Below, piece by piece: positions 1 to 13,784 of a stretch of 64,000 nucleotides of DNA. The stretch's first letter is position 1. Each line of letters opens with the position of its first letter. Source of the stretch: Eledone cirrhosa (taxonomy: Eukaryota); contig OZ024743.1 in assembly GCA_964016885.1 (NCBI GenBank), positions 227,850,001-227,914,000 on the forward strand. The letters are read 5' to 3'. The notes under the pieces are model-generated. The model worked only from the letters and a program-made list of their open reading frames with translations. It was not told the origin of the DNA and made no database searches. Made by a program: the position numbers and the translations under genes.

Positions 1-249
1 ATAAGTGTCAAAAATACAGAGTTAAATATATTATGATAAACAATGAAAGAATAAGAGAACAAAAGTAGTAATTCATTGTTTTAAAGAGTTCAGCCAAATG
101 GGAAAAGCAAGACTTATCCACTGGCTTCTTTCAGATACAATCTTTCTGTATTCTTTGACTCCACATAATTGGTACTAGTAAAGGGTGAGGGGATTGTTGT
201 TAATTTGGGATGGAATCAGGGTAATGGAAATAGTAATGCCAACATTAAT

Positions 250-323
250 CTCGGGGTCGATAAAATAAAGTACCAGTAATGCACTGGGTAATTGCTGGCC
301 TTGTGCCTAAAGTAGAAACAATT
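250..323 (+). mobile_element. 5'-truncated copy of tRNA-derived SINE family A
   Basis: cggggtcgataaaataaagtaccagtaatgcactgggtaattgctggccttgtgcctaaagtagaaacaatt matches the 3' half of the full copy at 11941-12130. Confidence 0.85.
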
Positions 324-1124
324 AATCTCTGTTATAATTTCTTTGAAGAACCAAAGTCTGAACCATTTAAAATAATATAAATAAAACAATCCCTCCACTC
401 TTTTGATACTTTGACAAGGAAAGAAGTATGAACCAATCTAAAAAGAGACCCTCCTCTATTTTCCTATCTGATGTTTATTATAGACTTTTCACTGATTCTG
501 TATCACCATACAAATTTAATAAAGACATCCACTATATGTGGTGTGATATAAGCCTCATTATTAATTTACTACATACATTTCTCTTCATTACCAAAGACCT
601 TAAACAACCTTAGCCATAAATTCAGTGATAATTTTGTCACTTTAAAATTCCTTCCATCTTTTTTTCCTGTTGTTGTTGCTATGTTTATCTTTGGTTTGTT
701 TCTCTTTTATTTTTCTTTGAGAAAAAGAAAAACCAAAAACAAAAGCAAATTTAAGATTGGCAAATTAAGGATAGAAATTACTGGGAATTAAAACAAAACC
801 AAAAGCATTGCAGGCTGATGCTTTAATAATAAAACAAATAAAATTAGATGAGCTCATAAAACAACAACAATAGCAGCAACAACAAGAACATTTAACAAAG
901 CTGACAAGAAACCCATATTTATGTTTCTAATGAATAATTTGTTGATAGTAGTATGAATACTTTTCCTTATCCTCTTTTTTTCTCTTTTGGTTTCTACCAC
1001 AAAAGTATTCACTAAGAAATGTTGATATGGCTCAATAAATATTTTATTTCTTATTTTCCGGCCTTTTTCTTTTCTGTTTTATTTGGTTGAGGTTTATTTT
1101 TACTATACTTTTATATTTACTTAC

Positions 1125-1296
1125 TGACAATATAGTAACTCTTGCCAGCTACAAAGTCTGGAACAAAGGGAAATGGCTGGAACTCGCGTACATGAAGCGT
1201 GAATAATGTTGTGTCGTTGGACTTTAAGCACCGCAGTAACCGAATTGCATTTTTGGGATCATAAATTACGCATTCATCATATTCATTTTTTGATAC
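1125..1296 (-). CDS. Ephrin family ligand, next coding exon (C-terminal half of receptor-binding domain including the G-H loop)
   Basis: Minus strand reads ttttctcttaacag|GTA TCA...ATT GTC A|gtaagtaa; 172 nt, phase 0 in (joins the upstream exon as YM|V), phase 1 out. Translation VSKNEYDECVIYDPKNAIRLLRCLKSNDTTLFTLHVREFQPFPFVPDFVAGKSYYIV(S) has two ephrin cysteines and the FT..EF.P..F..G..YYI.S motif. Absent from the ORF track. Confidence 0.93.
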
Positions 1297-1988
1297 CTGT
1301 TAAGAGAAAATAGAAAAAAAAATGAAAAAAATACAATTATTATTATTACTATTATTGTTATTATTGAAGGAAATGAATTACTAAATTTACACAGGCTTAA
1401 ATTGGTTAGGAATTGGAAAACAAAGTTTTCTATTCTCTACACAAGAAGAGGAATCAATGACAATAGCTTCTAATAACAAACATCTATTAAACTGCCTTTC
1501 ATTTGGCCAATTTTTGCTCAAAAATCAAAACCACAAAACCAATAATAAAACATTATTACAAAATCAAACAATGAAAATAATAGATTAATAGAAAATTATT
1601 ATTATCATTGTTATCATTATTATTATTGTTATTATTATAAAAAAATAAAACAAAGAAAACATTAAAACAAAAGAGCAATAAAACCAATAAAGACAAATAC
1701 TACAACTGCAACAACAAAGAACAGGATGAAGAAATATTACTGACAAAAAGAAAAGAAAAAAAGGAAAAGTACATCAATTTATTATATCATCAGCATTATT
1801 ATTATTATTGTTGTTATTATTATTATTAATTGTAAAATTGTGAAGTGCCATCAGAACTGAGTAAATTATTGTTTGTACTAAATTAACACTTCAGAAAACT
1901 TTCACTGAAAGAATCTACAAATATACACACACATGCACACATTCAATATATATATATATACATACACACATATAGACATTATACATAC

Positions 1989-2036
<48 letters not shown>

Positions 2037-2038
<2 letters not shown>

Positions 2039-2593
2039 TGGCTGCCAACTCGTTTTCGAGTACGGCCACTACTTTATATCCATGTAGGAGAACCCCTACC
2101 GATGCGCTGAACGAGTGACTTTTTAGTCCAGCCAGCGACTTGAAAACTCTGGTACAAACACTACACTTGTGACAATTATTGACACATAGTGCTTTGCCTT
2201 TGGTACCATGTGACGACAAGTGCAGAGAGATCTCCAGATACAAAGCAATGCCTGTGCCGTGAAGCTTTTATAGTGAGCAAAGGCACTGCACAAAGCCAGT
2301 CCCACTCTCTTAACCAAGATGATATTTACCAAAAAGAAGAACAAGTCAACATCATTGGATACCATCAGGGTTGCAGGTGTTATATCAGAGTTTTCCTTCT
2401 CCTAGAATTCTGCCTTGACAAAGGCTAAGGGGTCATCTCTCCCAGTGATTTTGGATGGCCATTGACTCTTAAGAGCTCCTTTGCCCTTTGACAGGTTTTG
2501 TTTTTAGTCCTGCAGGATGTCCAAAGTCACCCTCCTCACCAAGAAACCTTGGTGGGGTTGCCAGTTTAGTCGCCAACGACCCGACCATGAAAC
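2037..2593 (-). mobile_element. Bipartite non-autonomous RTE-clade retroelement (5' UTR joined to 3' end)
   Basis: Minus strand carries TCTAGGAGAAGGAAAACTCTGAT (2406-2384), resembling the conserved RTE 5' UTR motif; then a C-terminal zinc-finger remnant HKCSVCTRVFKSLAGLKSH (2171-2115), a CTCG-AAAA-CGAG stem-loop and a (TA)n tail. No endonuclease or RT sequence between them. Confidence 0.65.
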
Positions 2594-2678
2594 ATGTGTG
2601 TATGTATATATATATATACATACACACATATATACATTATATATACATATATATATATATGCATGTATATATATATGC

Positions 2679-2709
<31 letters not shown>

Positions 2710-2832
2710 CATATATATATATACATATATATATATACATATATACATATACATATATATATATACATATACATATATATATACATATATATATATACAT
2801 ATACATATATATATATATATATACATATGTAT

Positions 2833-2870
<38 letters not shown>

Positions 2871-2876
2871 ATATAC

Positions 2877-2909
<33 letters not shown>

Positions 2910-3247
2910 CATACATATATATACATATATATACATACATACATATATATACATATATATACATATATATACATACATATATATACATATATATACATAT
3001 ATATATATACATATATATACATATATATATATACATATATACATATATATATATACATATATACATATATATATATACATATATATATATATACATATAT
3101 ATATATACATATATATACATACATATATATATATACATATATATATATAAATATATATATATACATATATATATATATACATATATATATACAAATATAT
3201 ATATATACATATATATATATATACATATATATATACACATATATACA

Positions 3248-3285
<38 letters not shown>

Positions 3286-3556
3286 CATATATATATATAC
3301 ATATATATATATACATATATATATATACATATATATATATACATATATATATATATACACATATATATACATATATATATACATACATATATATATACAC
3401 ATATATATACATATATATATACATACATATATATACATATATATATATACATATATATATATACATATACATATACATATATATATACATATACATATAT
3501 ATATATATATACATATATATATACATATATATATATATACATACATATATATATAC

Positions 3557-3607
<51 letters not shown>

Positions 3608-3652
3608 CATATATATATATACATATATATATATATACATATATATATATAC

Positions 3653-3703
<51 letters not shown>

Positions 3704-3937
3704 CATATATATATATACACACATATATATACATATATACACACATATATATATATACATATATATATACATATATATATATACATATACAATTATATAT
3801 ATACATATACATATATATATATATATATACATATACACATATATATATATACATATACACATATATATATACATATACACATATATATATACATATACAC
3901 ATATATATATACATATATATATATACGCACACACATG

Positions 3938-3994
<57 letters not shown>

Positions 3995-4062
3995 TTACAT
4001 ATATATATATTTACATATATATATGTGTGTGTATGTGTGCATGTTAGATTACACATATATGT
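2594..4062. repeat. ~1.5-kb compound (TA)n/(TACA)n microsatellite
   Basis: Read directly; source of the long I/Y/H/T pseudo-ORFs in all six frames. Confidence 0.97.
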
Positions 4063-5052
4063 GTAAATAAAAAGAGAAAACAATATTTAAGAAAAGAGGA
4101 GTGAAGCCATATATTTTGAAAGTCTTTTGTTTGAAACAATAACTACAGCAATTTGTTTATCTGCAGTATTTTTGCATCTGCTACTGCAACTACTGCATCA
4201 TAATCAAGCACTGTTGGTGTTAGTGAGAGTAGTGTTATTGGTGGTAGTGTTTGGTGTTGCTGATGGTGGTAGTGTTGGGGTGGTTGTGCTGTTGTTGTTT
4301 CCACACAGTCTTATGACAAAATGCAAAATTGGTTTTCACATGTTGAATGGTGTTAAGTTTGTTTAGAATTAGTACTGTATTGTTTGGTCACATATACATG
4401 TATATATATATATACACACAACACACAAATATATATATATATATATAAATATATATATACACACACATATATATATATACATACATACACACACACACAC
4501 ACACATATATATACATACATATACACACACACACACACACATATATATACATACATATACACATATATATAAACAAATATATATACACACACATATATAT
4601 ATATGTATATATATATACACACACATGCATATGTACATATACATACATAAATACGCATATATAGATAGAGAAAGGGGGAGAAATAAAGAGAAAGGTGCAC
4701 ACACAAACACACATGTAATGACAGATTAGAAAGAAAGAAAGTGAGAAAAAGAACAAAACACATTAACAAAAACAAACATTTTCTCTAGATATCAACAGGA
4801 ATTGTAATGTGGCCTTTATTTAGAAAATAACAGACACCAAGACTATAGTCTGATGACAGAGAGAGAAAGCAGTTTCAGAATGTACTGGATAATGTATATA
4901 TATATACACATAAATACATACATATATATATATATACATATATCATCATCATCATCACCGTCTTATGTCCATTTTTCCATGCTAGCATGGATTAGATGAG
5001 TTGTCTCGTTGTGAGCAATGCTAGGTCATGTATATATATATATATAATATAT

Positions 5053-5311
5053 ATCAACATGTTGATTTAAAACTGCACTATTCACAAGTGTTTTTTAACC
5101 TTCATATCATGTCTTCCTATTTTATCTGATGAAAACACAAATGTTATTGCATGATGATATTTGTTTTTGAAATGCGCATAATAAAATACATGGAACTCTT
5201 TTAACCATCTTTTGATCTTATATATTATGTATACTCCAGTCCTACAAACTGTAGAGTGCTTCTTATCCGATATCTGCATTGCTTTATTGTACTACAATAA
5301 AACTCACCTCC

Positions 5312-5314
<3 letters not shown>
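5053..5314 (+). mobile_element. Hammerhead-bearing element family 1, copy A (Penelope-like/retrozyme-like, non-coding)
   Basis: Clearly homologous to 33656-33906 with scattered substitutions; flanked by (TA)n on both sides; begins with the 14-bp palindrome ATCAACATGTTGAT. Confidence 0.75.
5118..5188 (+). ncRNA. Type I hammerhead ribozyme motif
   Basis: TATTTTAT-CTGATGA-[stem II AAACACAAATGTTAT/ATGATATTTGTTTTT]-GAAA-TGCGCA-TA^-ATAAAATA: 8-bp stem I, intact core, palindromic stem III (ATGCGCAT); predicted cleavage after 5180. Confidence 0.75.
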
Positions 5315-5351
<37 letters not shown>

Positions 5352-5569
5352 GATATACTCTAACTATAGTATCATTGCTGTATGTCTTTTTTCCAAGCAA
5401 TCATAGTTTAGACAGTTCATCAGTGCTCAGAGATTAGTCGGGTTGGAGAGCTAAATTCCATAATTACACTAACACCTTTATCCTTTGATTGGTTTCAGTC
5501 CTTATATGTAGTGATGCCGGGACATAGCCTTCATGAATATACTTAATTTTATTAACTCCAGCTCTTTAC

Positions 5570-6040
5570 ATTCTGTGTTCAAATCCTACCACAATCAACT
5601 TTGCCTATCATTCTTCCAGATTCAATAAAATAAAGTATCGGTCAAATACTGAATCAATATAATTAACTTTTCTCCTTCCAACTTGTTCTGGTCTTGTGCT
5701 TATGTTAGAAATCATTATTACTATTTGGATTAGCAGTATCGGTAGAGGGTCGGACGCCATGCTTTGCAACATAGAGTTACGGCCCTTTATGATCTGAGTT
5801 CAAATCCTGCTGAGGTTAACTTTGCCTTTCATCCTTACGGGGTCGATAAAATAAAGTACCAGTAATGCACTGAGTAATTGCTGGTCTTGTGCCAAAAAAG
5901 TAGAAACAATTATTACTATTAAGAATTGTTGAGACCAAATCCCACCAAGGTCAATTTTGCCTTTCATCATTCTGGGTGTCAATAGCATAAAGTCCCAGTA
6001 AAGTACTGGGGTTGATATAATCGACTTTTCACTCCCTCTT
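5570..6040 (+). mobile_element. Three head-to-tail SINE family A copies (old 5570-5720, young 5726-5915, old 5930-6040)
   Basis: Each has a B-box-like gttcaaatcc (degenerate in the third) followed by a variant of the actttgcctttcatcc...gtcgataaaataaagtaccagt core. Confidence 0.8.
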
Positions 6041-6539
6041 GTCACCACTACTACTACCCCAATTACTACTACCACAACTACTACTACTACTACTACTAGT
6101 ACTACTACTACTACTAGCACCAGCACGACCACTTAATATTTGACCATTCTATTTCCATTTGTGTGTGAAGTATCAGTATTTGCATGTAATACCACATTTA
6201 ATACAACCAGCCTTACCATGCACTAATTAGGTAATTGGTTCCTTAGCAAATATATTATATAGATGTTATGTTTTGAGAATAGGTCCCCATGACAGAAGCC
6301 ATCTCTCTCTGGGATGTTGTTGTTGTTATTAGTGTTTACTCCTAGGTCAGCCCTACAGACCTTTGAACAAGTTTTGAATATGGAGGACTATGTTATCCAA
6401 TGTAGGTGCTTTTTGAACATATTAAGTGACAATGCATAAGCTATGTCATTAGATTATAATGATCCTATCTGAGTTATTGACTGGAAATTACTAGAACAAA
6501 TTATAAAGAAATGAGAATATGGAAACCATGAATGAAACA

Positions 6540-6920
6540 GTTCCGTCTGTAGTCGATGTCAACCCTAAGCTCAAGGATTGAAATCAAGAGACAGTTTCCT
6601 CAGTCTTGTTCAGCCGCTAACATCATGAAAGTAGACAAGACTCCAGCCTTGGATGGTGAGGATTAAGAATGACCCTCCTCCAACTGACATGGAAACCTCT
6701 TCTGGAGACTTATTTCCGGGTTCAGAAACAATATGGTATATGGTGAGGATTAAGAATGACCCTCCTCCAATCAGTGGGAGGCACACACATGCCTGACAAG
6801 AGGCTATCAAACACTACTTTGGTCAGATATAACTACATGACTGACTGCTCAAACATGATCTGTAAATGTGGAGAAAGAAGCCAGATTATGGAACAACACT
6901 GCCTTGTTTCCACTTGGTTA
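6540..6920 (+). mobile_element. Possible degenerate 3' fragment of a non-LTR retrotransposon
   Basis: Frameshifted peptides TWKPL..RLISGFRNNMV and CKCGERSQIMEQHC resemble a LINE C-terminal zinc-knuckle region; contains an exact 31-bp direct duplication (6653-6683 and 6740-6770). Confidence 0.35.
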
Positions 6921-7522
6921 TGTAACTGATGTAGCACAAAACATGCTGTGAGAGTGGAAAACTGTTACGTGACCACTGTGCTTGCTTTGAGGAAACAGTG
7001 AGAAATAATAGTGATTATATCTTGTTTAAAAACCACACTACACTGCACGTGTGTGTGTGTTTCAAAGTAATATATATTGGACAAGTACAGAGGTCAATTC
7101 CATTGGCTACATCCATCCATGAGAAATTTATGACAAAATAAGATGGTGTTCCAGTATGGCTGCAGTCTAATGACTGAAACTAATAAAAGAATAAAATTCC
7201 TTGCATCTACATCCAACTCTTACACATATGCAAATACATACACATACCCTGACACATACATACATACCATCATGCATACACACACACACACACATACACA
7301 CATACATACACATATACATACATGAGTGTTTAAGAGAGAGATTGGATATGAAGATGACACTGTAAATGAAAACTGTCAACTTTTTCACATTAAGAAATAT
7401 CTTTGAAAGGTAGAGATAGAGTGGGACTGGGAGATTGAAGGGTTAATAAATAGCATAGGCAGACAGAAATAGGTTGCAGAAAATCATTATTATGTATAGA
7501 CACACAACCCCCTCACACACAC

Positions 7523-7555
<33 letters not shown>

Positions 7556-7580
7556 TTATGGGTCAAGACAGGTAAAATAA

Positions 7581-7760
7581 AAGAAGAAGAAGAAGAAGAA
7601 GAAGAAGAATGAGAAGAAGAAGAAGAAGAAGAAGAAGAAAAAGAAGAAGAAGAAGAAGAAGAAGAAGAAGAAGAAGAAGAAGAAGAAGAAGAAGAAGAAG
7701 AAGAAGAAGAAGAAGAAGAAGAAGAAGAAGAAGAAGAATGATGATGATGATGATGATGAT
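7581..7760. repeat. (GAA)n followed by (GAT)n microsatellite
   Basis: Read directly. Confidence 0.97.
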
Positions 7761-8600
7761 GACATATATATCTTGGGTAGAGACTTGTCTGTGTTAAGGA
7801 AAAGATAGGATTGTGGTACAAGATAAGGAAGGAATGGCAATGGATGTTAGACAAACCAAGGAAAAATGGTGGAGTTTGTCTGCCATAGTAAGGGAGGAAG
7901 GGAAAGTATTGGCGTGTCTCATTCAGAATGAAACAGTGCGGTGGTGACAGTGGCAATGATAATGGTGGTGATATTGCTGGTGGGGGCTATGGGGCTGGGG
8001 AGTTGTACCTGTACTATATATATATATATATACACACACATATATATATATAGAGAGAGAGAGATATGAATAGATAGGTAAATGGATAAATGGAGAGATA
8101 GATGGATGGATAGATGGATAGATAAATAGATAGATAGATGCATAGCTAGGTACTTAGATAGAAAGAAATATGGATAGGTAAATAGATAGACAGATGGATG
8201 GATAGATAGGTAGGTAGATAGATAGACAGATAGGTGGATGAATGGATAAAGTGAGGCATAGTTGGACAGAAGCTGAACAGCATTCATTTACAGTTGACTT
8301 TCTATGTGTGTTTATGTATCTATGCATTTGTGTGTGCTTATATGTGTAAATTCTGTGCAAGTGTGTATAGACAAGAGGTACTGGCTAAAATGATTGTTGG
8401 TGTTGGTGTTATATTAAAATTGTGTGTATGTTCTTATGTGTATGTTAGAAGCATGTGTGTGAGTGCCAGTATGTTATGTATGTGTAAGAGTATGTTTGAG
8501 TATGTGTGCATGAGACAGTTTACACAAAGGAAAATGCTCATAAGAGAATGAATGCATACTGGGACGTAAGACGTGTTATGAATGAAAAGTATAGAGATAG

Positions 8601-8663
<63 letters not shown>

Positions 8664-8918
8664 GAGATAAGAAAAGAGAGGGATGTAGATAGGTAGATAG
8701 AGAAAGACAGAGGGGACAATGTAGATAAATAGTTAGAGAAAGAGAGAGAGAGAGAGAGAGAGAGCAGTAAAGCGACAATGAGTCAGGCGTTGTTGCCTGC
8801 TACATGCATGCTTGCTTGCTTGCATGCATGCATGCTTACCAACTGTCAAAGGTAGTAGTGGTTGCAGTAGCAGTGGTGTTAATAATGGTGGTTGTGGTAG
8901 TGGTAGCAGTGTTAGTGG

Positions 8919-9190
8919 TGATGATGCTGATGGTAGAGGTGGTATATCTGTGGCAGTGGTAGTAGATGTAGTTGTAGTGGTGGTCGTGATAACAATAATT
9001 GTGGCTGTGATGATGATGCTGATGGTAGAGGTGGTATATCTGTGGCAGTGGTAGTAGATGTAGTTGTAGTGGTGGTCGTGATAACAATAATTGTGGCTGT
9101 GATGATGATGCTGATGGTAGAGGTGGTATATCTGTGGCAGTGGTAGTAGATGTAGTTGTAGTGGTGGTCGTGATAACAATAATTGTGGTT
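8919..9190. repeat. 92-bp minisatellite, about 3 near-identical copies
   Basis: gctgatggtagagg recurs at 8926, 9018 and 9110 (92-bp period). Confidence 0.92.
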
Positions 9191-9710
9191 GTGGTGATGG
9201 TGATGGTGATAGTAGTGGTATGTCTGAGGTGGTGGCAATGATGGTGATGCTAGTGCTGGTATGTTGGTTAGTGTATTAGTGGTGGTGGTGGTGGTAGTAA
9301 TAGTGGTTATAACAATACTGATGGTGACAATGGCATAATATTGGACATAGTGTCAATTATGATATTAGTGGTATATCAGTGGTTGTGGTGATGGTGACAA
9401 TAATGATGATGTTAACAGTGGTATAGTGGTGGTGGAGCTGGTAGTAGTGGTGGCAGTAGCAGCATCGTCAGCAAGGGAAATGGTGGCAGCTCTTCCTCTA
9501 TGCTGTTGCCATAGAAATGAAGAATGTTACACATCTTTCGTTTGCCTCAAGTTTACCACTCTTTGCTGTTCAGTTCCTCAGTTCTTCAGTTCTTCTTCAG
9601 AATAGAATCAATTATAACAGAAGTAGCAACCTCAAACGCTTATCTAATTATATATAGAGATGCAGAAATATGAGTGGGAGCCTCTGCACACATGTATATC
9701 TGTACACATG

Positions 9711-9744
<34 letters not shown>

Positions 9745-9758
9745 TATATATACCATAC

Positions 9759-9813
<55 letters not shown>

Positions 9814-9814
9814 C

Positions 9815-9859
<45 letters not shown>

Positions 9860-9949
9860 CATATATGTATGGTATATATATATATATATATATATGCACA
9901 TATACATATATATATACACAAAAACTCACATATACACACACACACACAA

Positions 9950-9992
<43 letters not shown>

Positions 9993-10205
9993 CATACACA
10001 TATGAATGTGTATGCACAAACACATAAGTGTATTAATATCTATATGATGGAGGGAGCATGGAGAGAATGAGAGAAAGAGCTGTGTGTATACACCTGTGTA
10101 TAAAAAGAGCTAATTACACATATATAAACATATGCCTATATCTAGACATACACACTATAAAAACCTCTTCATAAATACATTGACAACTATTCTGTATGTG
10201 TTGTG

Positions 10206-10238
<33 letters not shown>

Positions 10239-10299
10239 GATAATGAGATCGAGATCGTGTAGGTGTCACGACAAAAAAAAAAAAAAACTCAGTCCATGC

Positions 10300-10520
10300 T
10301 GTAATGTGGCCGTGTAGGTAACACGGTAAAAAGTTCCCAGTTCCACACTGTAAATGTGGTTGGTGTTAGGAAGGGCATCCAGCCGTAGAAAGCCTGCCAG
10401 ATAGTCCTATATGAGCGAGACACGGTCACCCGACCAACCTTGCCTCAAGTGGCACAACTTCCGTCTAACCCATGCTAGCGTGGAAGATGAACGTTAAACG
10501 ATGATGATGATGATGATGAT
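10300..10520 (+). mobile_element. SINE 3' module (family C) ending in a (GAT)n tail
   Basis: cactgtaaatgtggttggtgttaggaagggcatccagccgtagaaa...catgctagcgtggaagatgaacgttaaacgatgatgatg. Related pieces near 4942, 11285, 11480, 13900, 33931, 36146, 38895, 46412, 49185 and 50515. Confidence 0.7.
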
Positions 10521-10543
10521 ATATATATATATATATACATATG

Positions 10544-10643
10544 CAGGGTGCCCCCATATAATGTATACACACTTTGATTACCTGTACAGGCAATATTTCT
10601 TAGGATGCTGTTGAAGTGTGTGTACATTTTTGGGGACACCCTG
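10544..10643. mobile_element. 100-bp Tc1/mariner-type MITE
   Basis: Imperfect ~33-bp TIRs CAGGGTGCCCCCATATAATGTATACACACTTTG / TGAAGTGTGTGTACATTTTTGGGGACACCCTG; TA on the right flank, TG on the left. Confidence 0.75.
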
Positions 10644-11442
10644 TACATACACACACACACATTTATATGTATAGTGGAATTCACCAAAACGCCAAAGTCA
10701 TTGCTACCCTTTACTTGAGAAAATATATCTTACTCTCTACTCAAATGTATTGAGTGCTCATTCAATAAATGCCTGAATATTTAATGTATACTACCATTTA
10801 AACACCTACTTCACTATATATATAACATATACTTTAAAAATATGTATGTGTACACATATATATATATATATATATATATACACACGTAGACAGCGAGGGT
10901 GGAACAGGTAAAAGAGTAAAGTAATATTTAAATGCACAGGATGAAATAAACATGTAGAAGACACTAGTCTGCACTAATCTTCTGCTCTTTATATTTCTCC
11001 AATTTTAATACTTCATATCCCCAGCCTCATCAGCTAACCCTTGTCAAACCGACCGTCACACTTGTTCTTCCCCCACTACTCCTCTCCTGCAAACCCCACC
11101 AAAATAACACAAAGTCCACCCCCATAGTGATCTGGTGCAACAACATCAAAGCACCCAGTTCATCATACCTGCAAGACTGTCATGTTGGAAACATGAAAGA
11201 CCATCCAATCAACCCTGATAGATGGTTGTTTAGCTGCTATGATAAAGATTATCCTGCCTACACTGTAACATGATCGCCATTAAATTAGGGCATCCAGCCA
11301 TAGAAAGCAAGTCAAAATACAGATCCATATCAGCAAGATATGGTCACCTGACCTGATTTGTCTAACATGACAACCTATCTACTCCATGCATGCATGCAAA
11401 AATAAATGGGAAATGGTGATGATGATAATGATAAACGTGTGC

Positions 11443-11482
<40 letters not shown>

Positions 11483-11545
11483 TCATCATCTTCGTTTAAC
11501 GTCCATCTTCCATACTAGCATGGGTTAAACTATATATGTGTGTGT

Positions 11546-11577
<32 letters not shown>

Positions 11578-11940
11578 AGTACATGTATATCAATGTGTGT
11601 AGAACTGATTATACATCTTTCTTGTGTATTTTGTATCTCATGCACATACAGAACCCTCCCAACAGATACCAGTGAAGTATTTATGAGGTGAGATATGAGG
11701 TGAAATGTAGGAAAGACACATATACACTCTCACACACATGATAAAAAGGAAAGGAAAGGAGCCAATCATCAGATTAATCCAAGGAAATTTATGTTTCCAT
11801 TGGTTTTCCATTACTGATACAATTTGCCAATCACAATCCTTGGCAGAAAGAAGTGAGATTTCTTCTCAGAACACAGAGAACTGGATCAGATATCACAAAG
11901 CATTCTGTCCAACACTTTAACACATATTATATCTACACAA

Positions 11941-12130
11941 GGGCGGTGGATTGGCAGTATCGGTAGAGGGTCGGACGCCATGCTTTCCAGCATAGTTACG
12001 TCCCTTTACCATCTGAGTTCAAATCCCGCCGAGGTTGACTTTGCCTTTCATCCTTACGGGGTCGATAAAATAAAGTACCAGTAATGCACTGGTAATTGCT
12101 GGCCTTGTGCCTAAAGTAGAAACAATTATA
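11941..12130 (+). mobile_element. Full-length tRNA-derived SINE family A
   Basis: Pol III A-box TGGCAGTATCGG (11952) and B-box GAGTTCAAATCC (12015), central core gactttgcctttcatccttacggggtcgataaaataaagtaccagt, short ATT tail; more than 10 related copies in the window. Confidence 0.9.
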
Positions 12131-12159
12131 TCTACACACACATACATACTTACATAAAT

Positions 12160-12194
<35 letters not shown>

Positions 12195-12250
12195 AATATA
12201 TATATATATGTGTGTGTGTGTGTGTACATATATATTCATATATATATGTG

Positions 12251-12296
<46 letters not shown>

Positions 12297-12560
12297 GTCA
12301 CAGAACTATGTATGTACAATATACATACATAAATATGTGGAGCCCTGACATGTAATGTCCTCATTTTATGCACATTCAGATATAGAATAATGAGTCATTG
12401 AACACCTTTTTTCTGCCTTTCCTGATTTTCTTGAACTAAATTTTAGCACAGCTATGCTTTTTTTCAGAATGACATTTTATAAACCCTGATATTTCAACTG
12501 AGTTACAAGCCATGTATGTGTGTATGTGTGTGTGTGTGTCTGTAACTGTAAATATGTATT

Positions 12561-12595
<35 letters not shown>

Positions 12596-12597
<2 letters not shown>

Positions 12598-13735
12598 TAA
12601 GACAACATGGATGCATCCTAGATATAAGGATTGGCACATGATTGATTATGTCATCACACACAGGCATGACCTAAAATATTTCAAAATCATTCATTCTTTT
12701 CACTCTTCTTGATATATCTAAGACAATATACTGTTGTGCAGTATGGTTTCATTCAATCTTCCACAAAAAGTTACCTTCAAACGTCACCAATCTCACCCAG
12801 GTTGATGTAAGTGTTTTGATATCCACTAATGTGAGCCCAGAACTTTCTGCAAGACTCATCCCTCAACTCTGTTCAAATTTCTAATAACATTGAGGCTTCC
12901 TGGAAAGCGCTAAAAAATACCATGTATGCAGCCTCTGTAGAAGTCTTAGTATTTCCTATGAGAAAACACCAGGACTGGTTTGATGAAAGCAAATCAGATG
13001 TCCAAAAGCATATGTGCAAGATGCATAGCCTACACAGACTTTGGATTGGAGAACAAAACTCAATGACTGAAAAAAAGCCTATAAAGACATTAAGTAGCAG
13101 GCACAGTCCTCACTTAGAAAGATGATGGATGCCTGGTGGGCAGCTAAAGTTACTGATCTATAAGATGGTGAAAATAAAAAGGTGTTTTATAATGGTCAGA
13201 AGGCAATGTATAGTCCGAGAGAGATCAGGTCAAATCCTTTTCTATCTTCTGATGGTATAAGCCTATACACAGACAAAGCTGACTCAATAAAAGGAACACT
13301 GAGTTAAACATAGATAAAGATCTAATAGCATCTATTTGACAAAGGCCACAGATACCTGAATTATCATTCAATCGAAGTTTAAATGAAGTACAAGTTACTA
13401 TCAAGTAACTGTCATCCAATAAAGCTCCTGATATAGATGGCATCACACTTGAAATTTTCAAATATGTTGGTCTTAAACTGGTTCATAAGATTCTTTGTCT
13501 ATTTTTGAACTTCAGAACTTCAGAGAAGAATCTATAAACCACCTCTTTAGGAAGAGAGGTAAAAAGTCCAGCTATGACATCTCTCGCAGCATCACCCTTT
13601 TCTCTATTGTTGGCAAGGTACATGCCCATGTCATTTTCAACAGAATTACCTCCAGACTTGTTAATGATGTCTATCCTGAAAATCAATGTCGTTTCCATGT
13701 AGGTCGAGGTGTTATTGACATCATGTACATGGTAC
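12596..13735 (+). mobile_element. Decayed RTE-clade (BovB-like) LINE fragment, endonuclease end to RT start
   Basis: Disrupted peptides HKTTWMHPRYKDWHMIDYVIT, RKHQDWFDE, EVQVTIK*LSSNKAPDIDGITLEIFK and RSITLFSIVGKVHAHVIFNRI..VYPENQCRFHVGRGVIDIMY; stops and frameshifts; bounded by (TA)n on both sides. Confidence 0.88.
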
Positions 13736-13744
13736 TATTGACAT

Positions 13745-13784
<40 letters not shown>

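Noticed and set aside
2488-4083. ORFs of 220-490 aa in all frames (also 26036-26984 and 31656-32999)
   Set aside because: Pure (TA)/(CA) microsatellite translations; stop-free only because of repeat composition.
11941-12030. tRNA gene
   Set aside because: A and B boxes are present but there is no cloverleaf or T-run terminator; it continues into a multi-copy SINE body.
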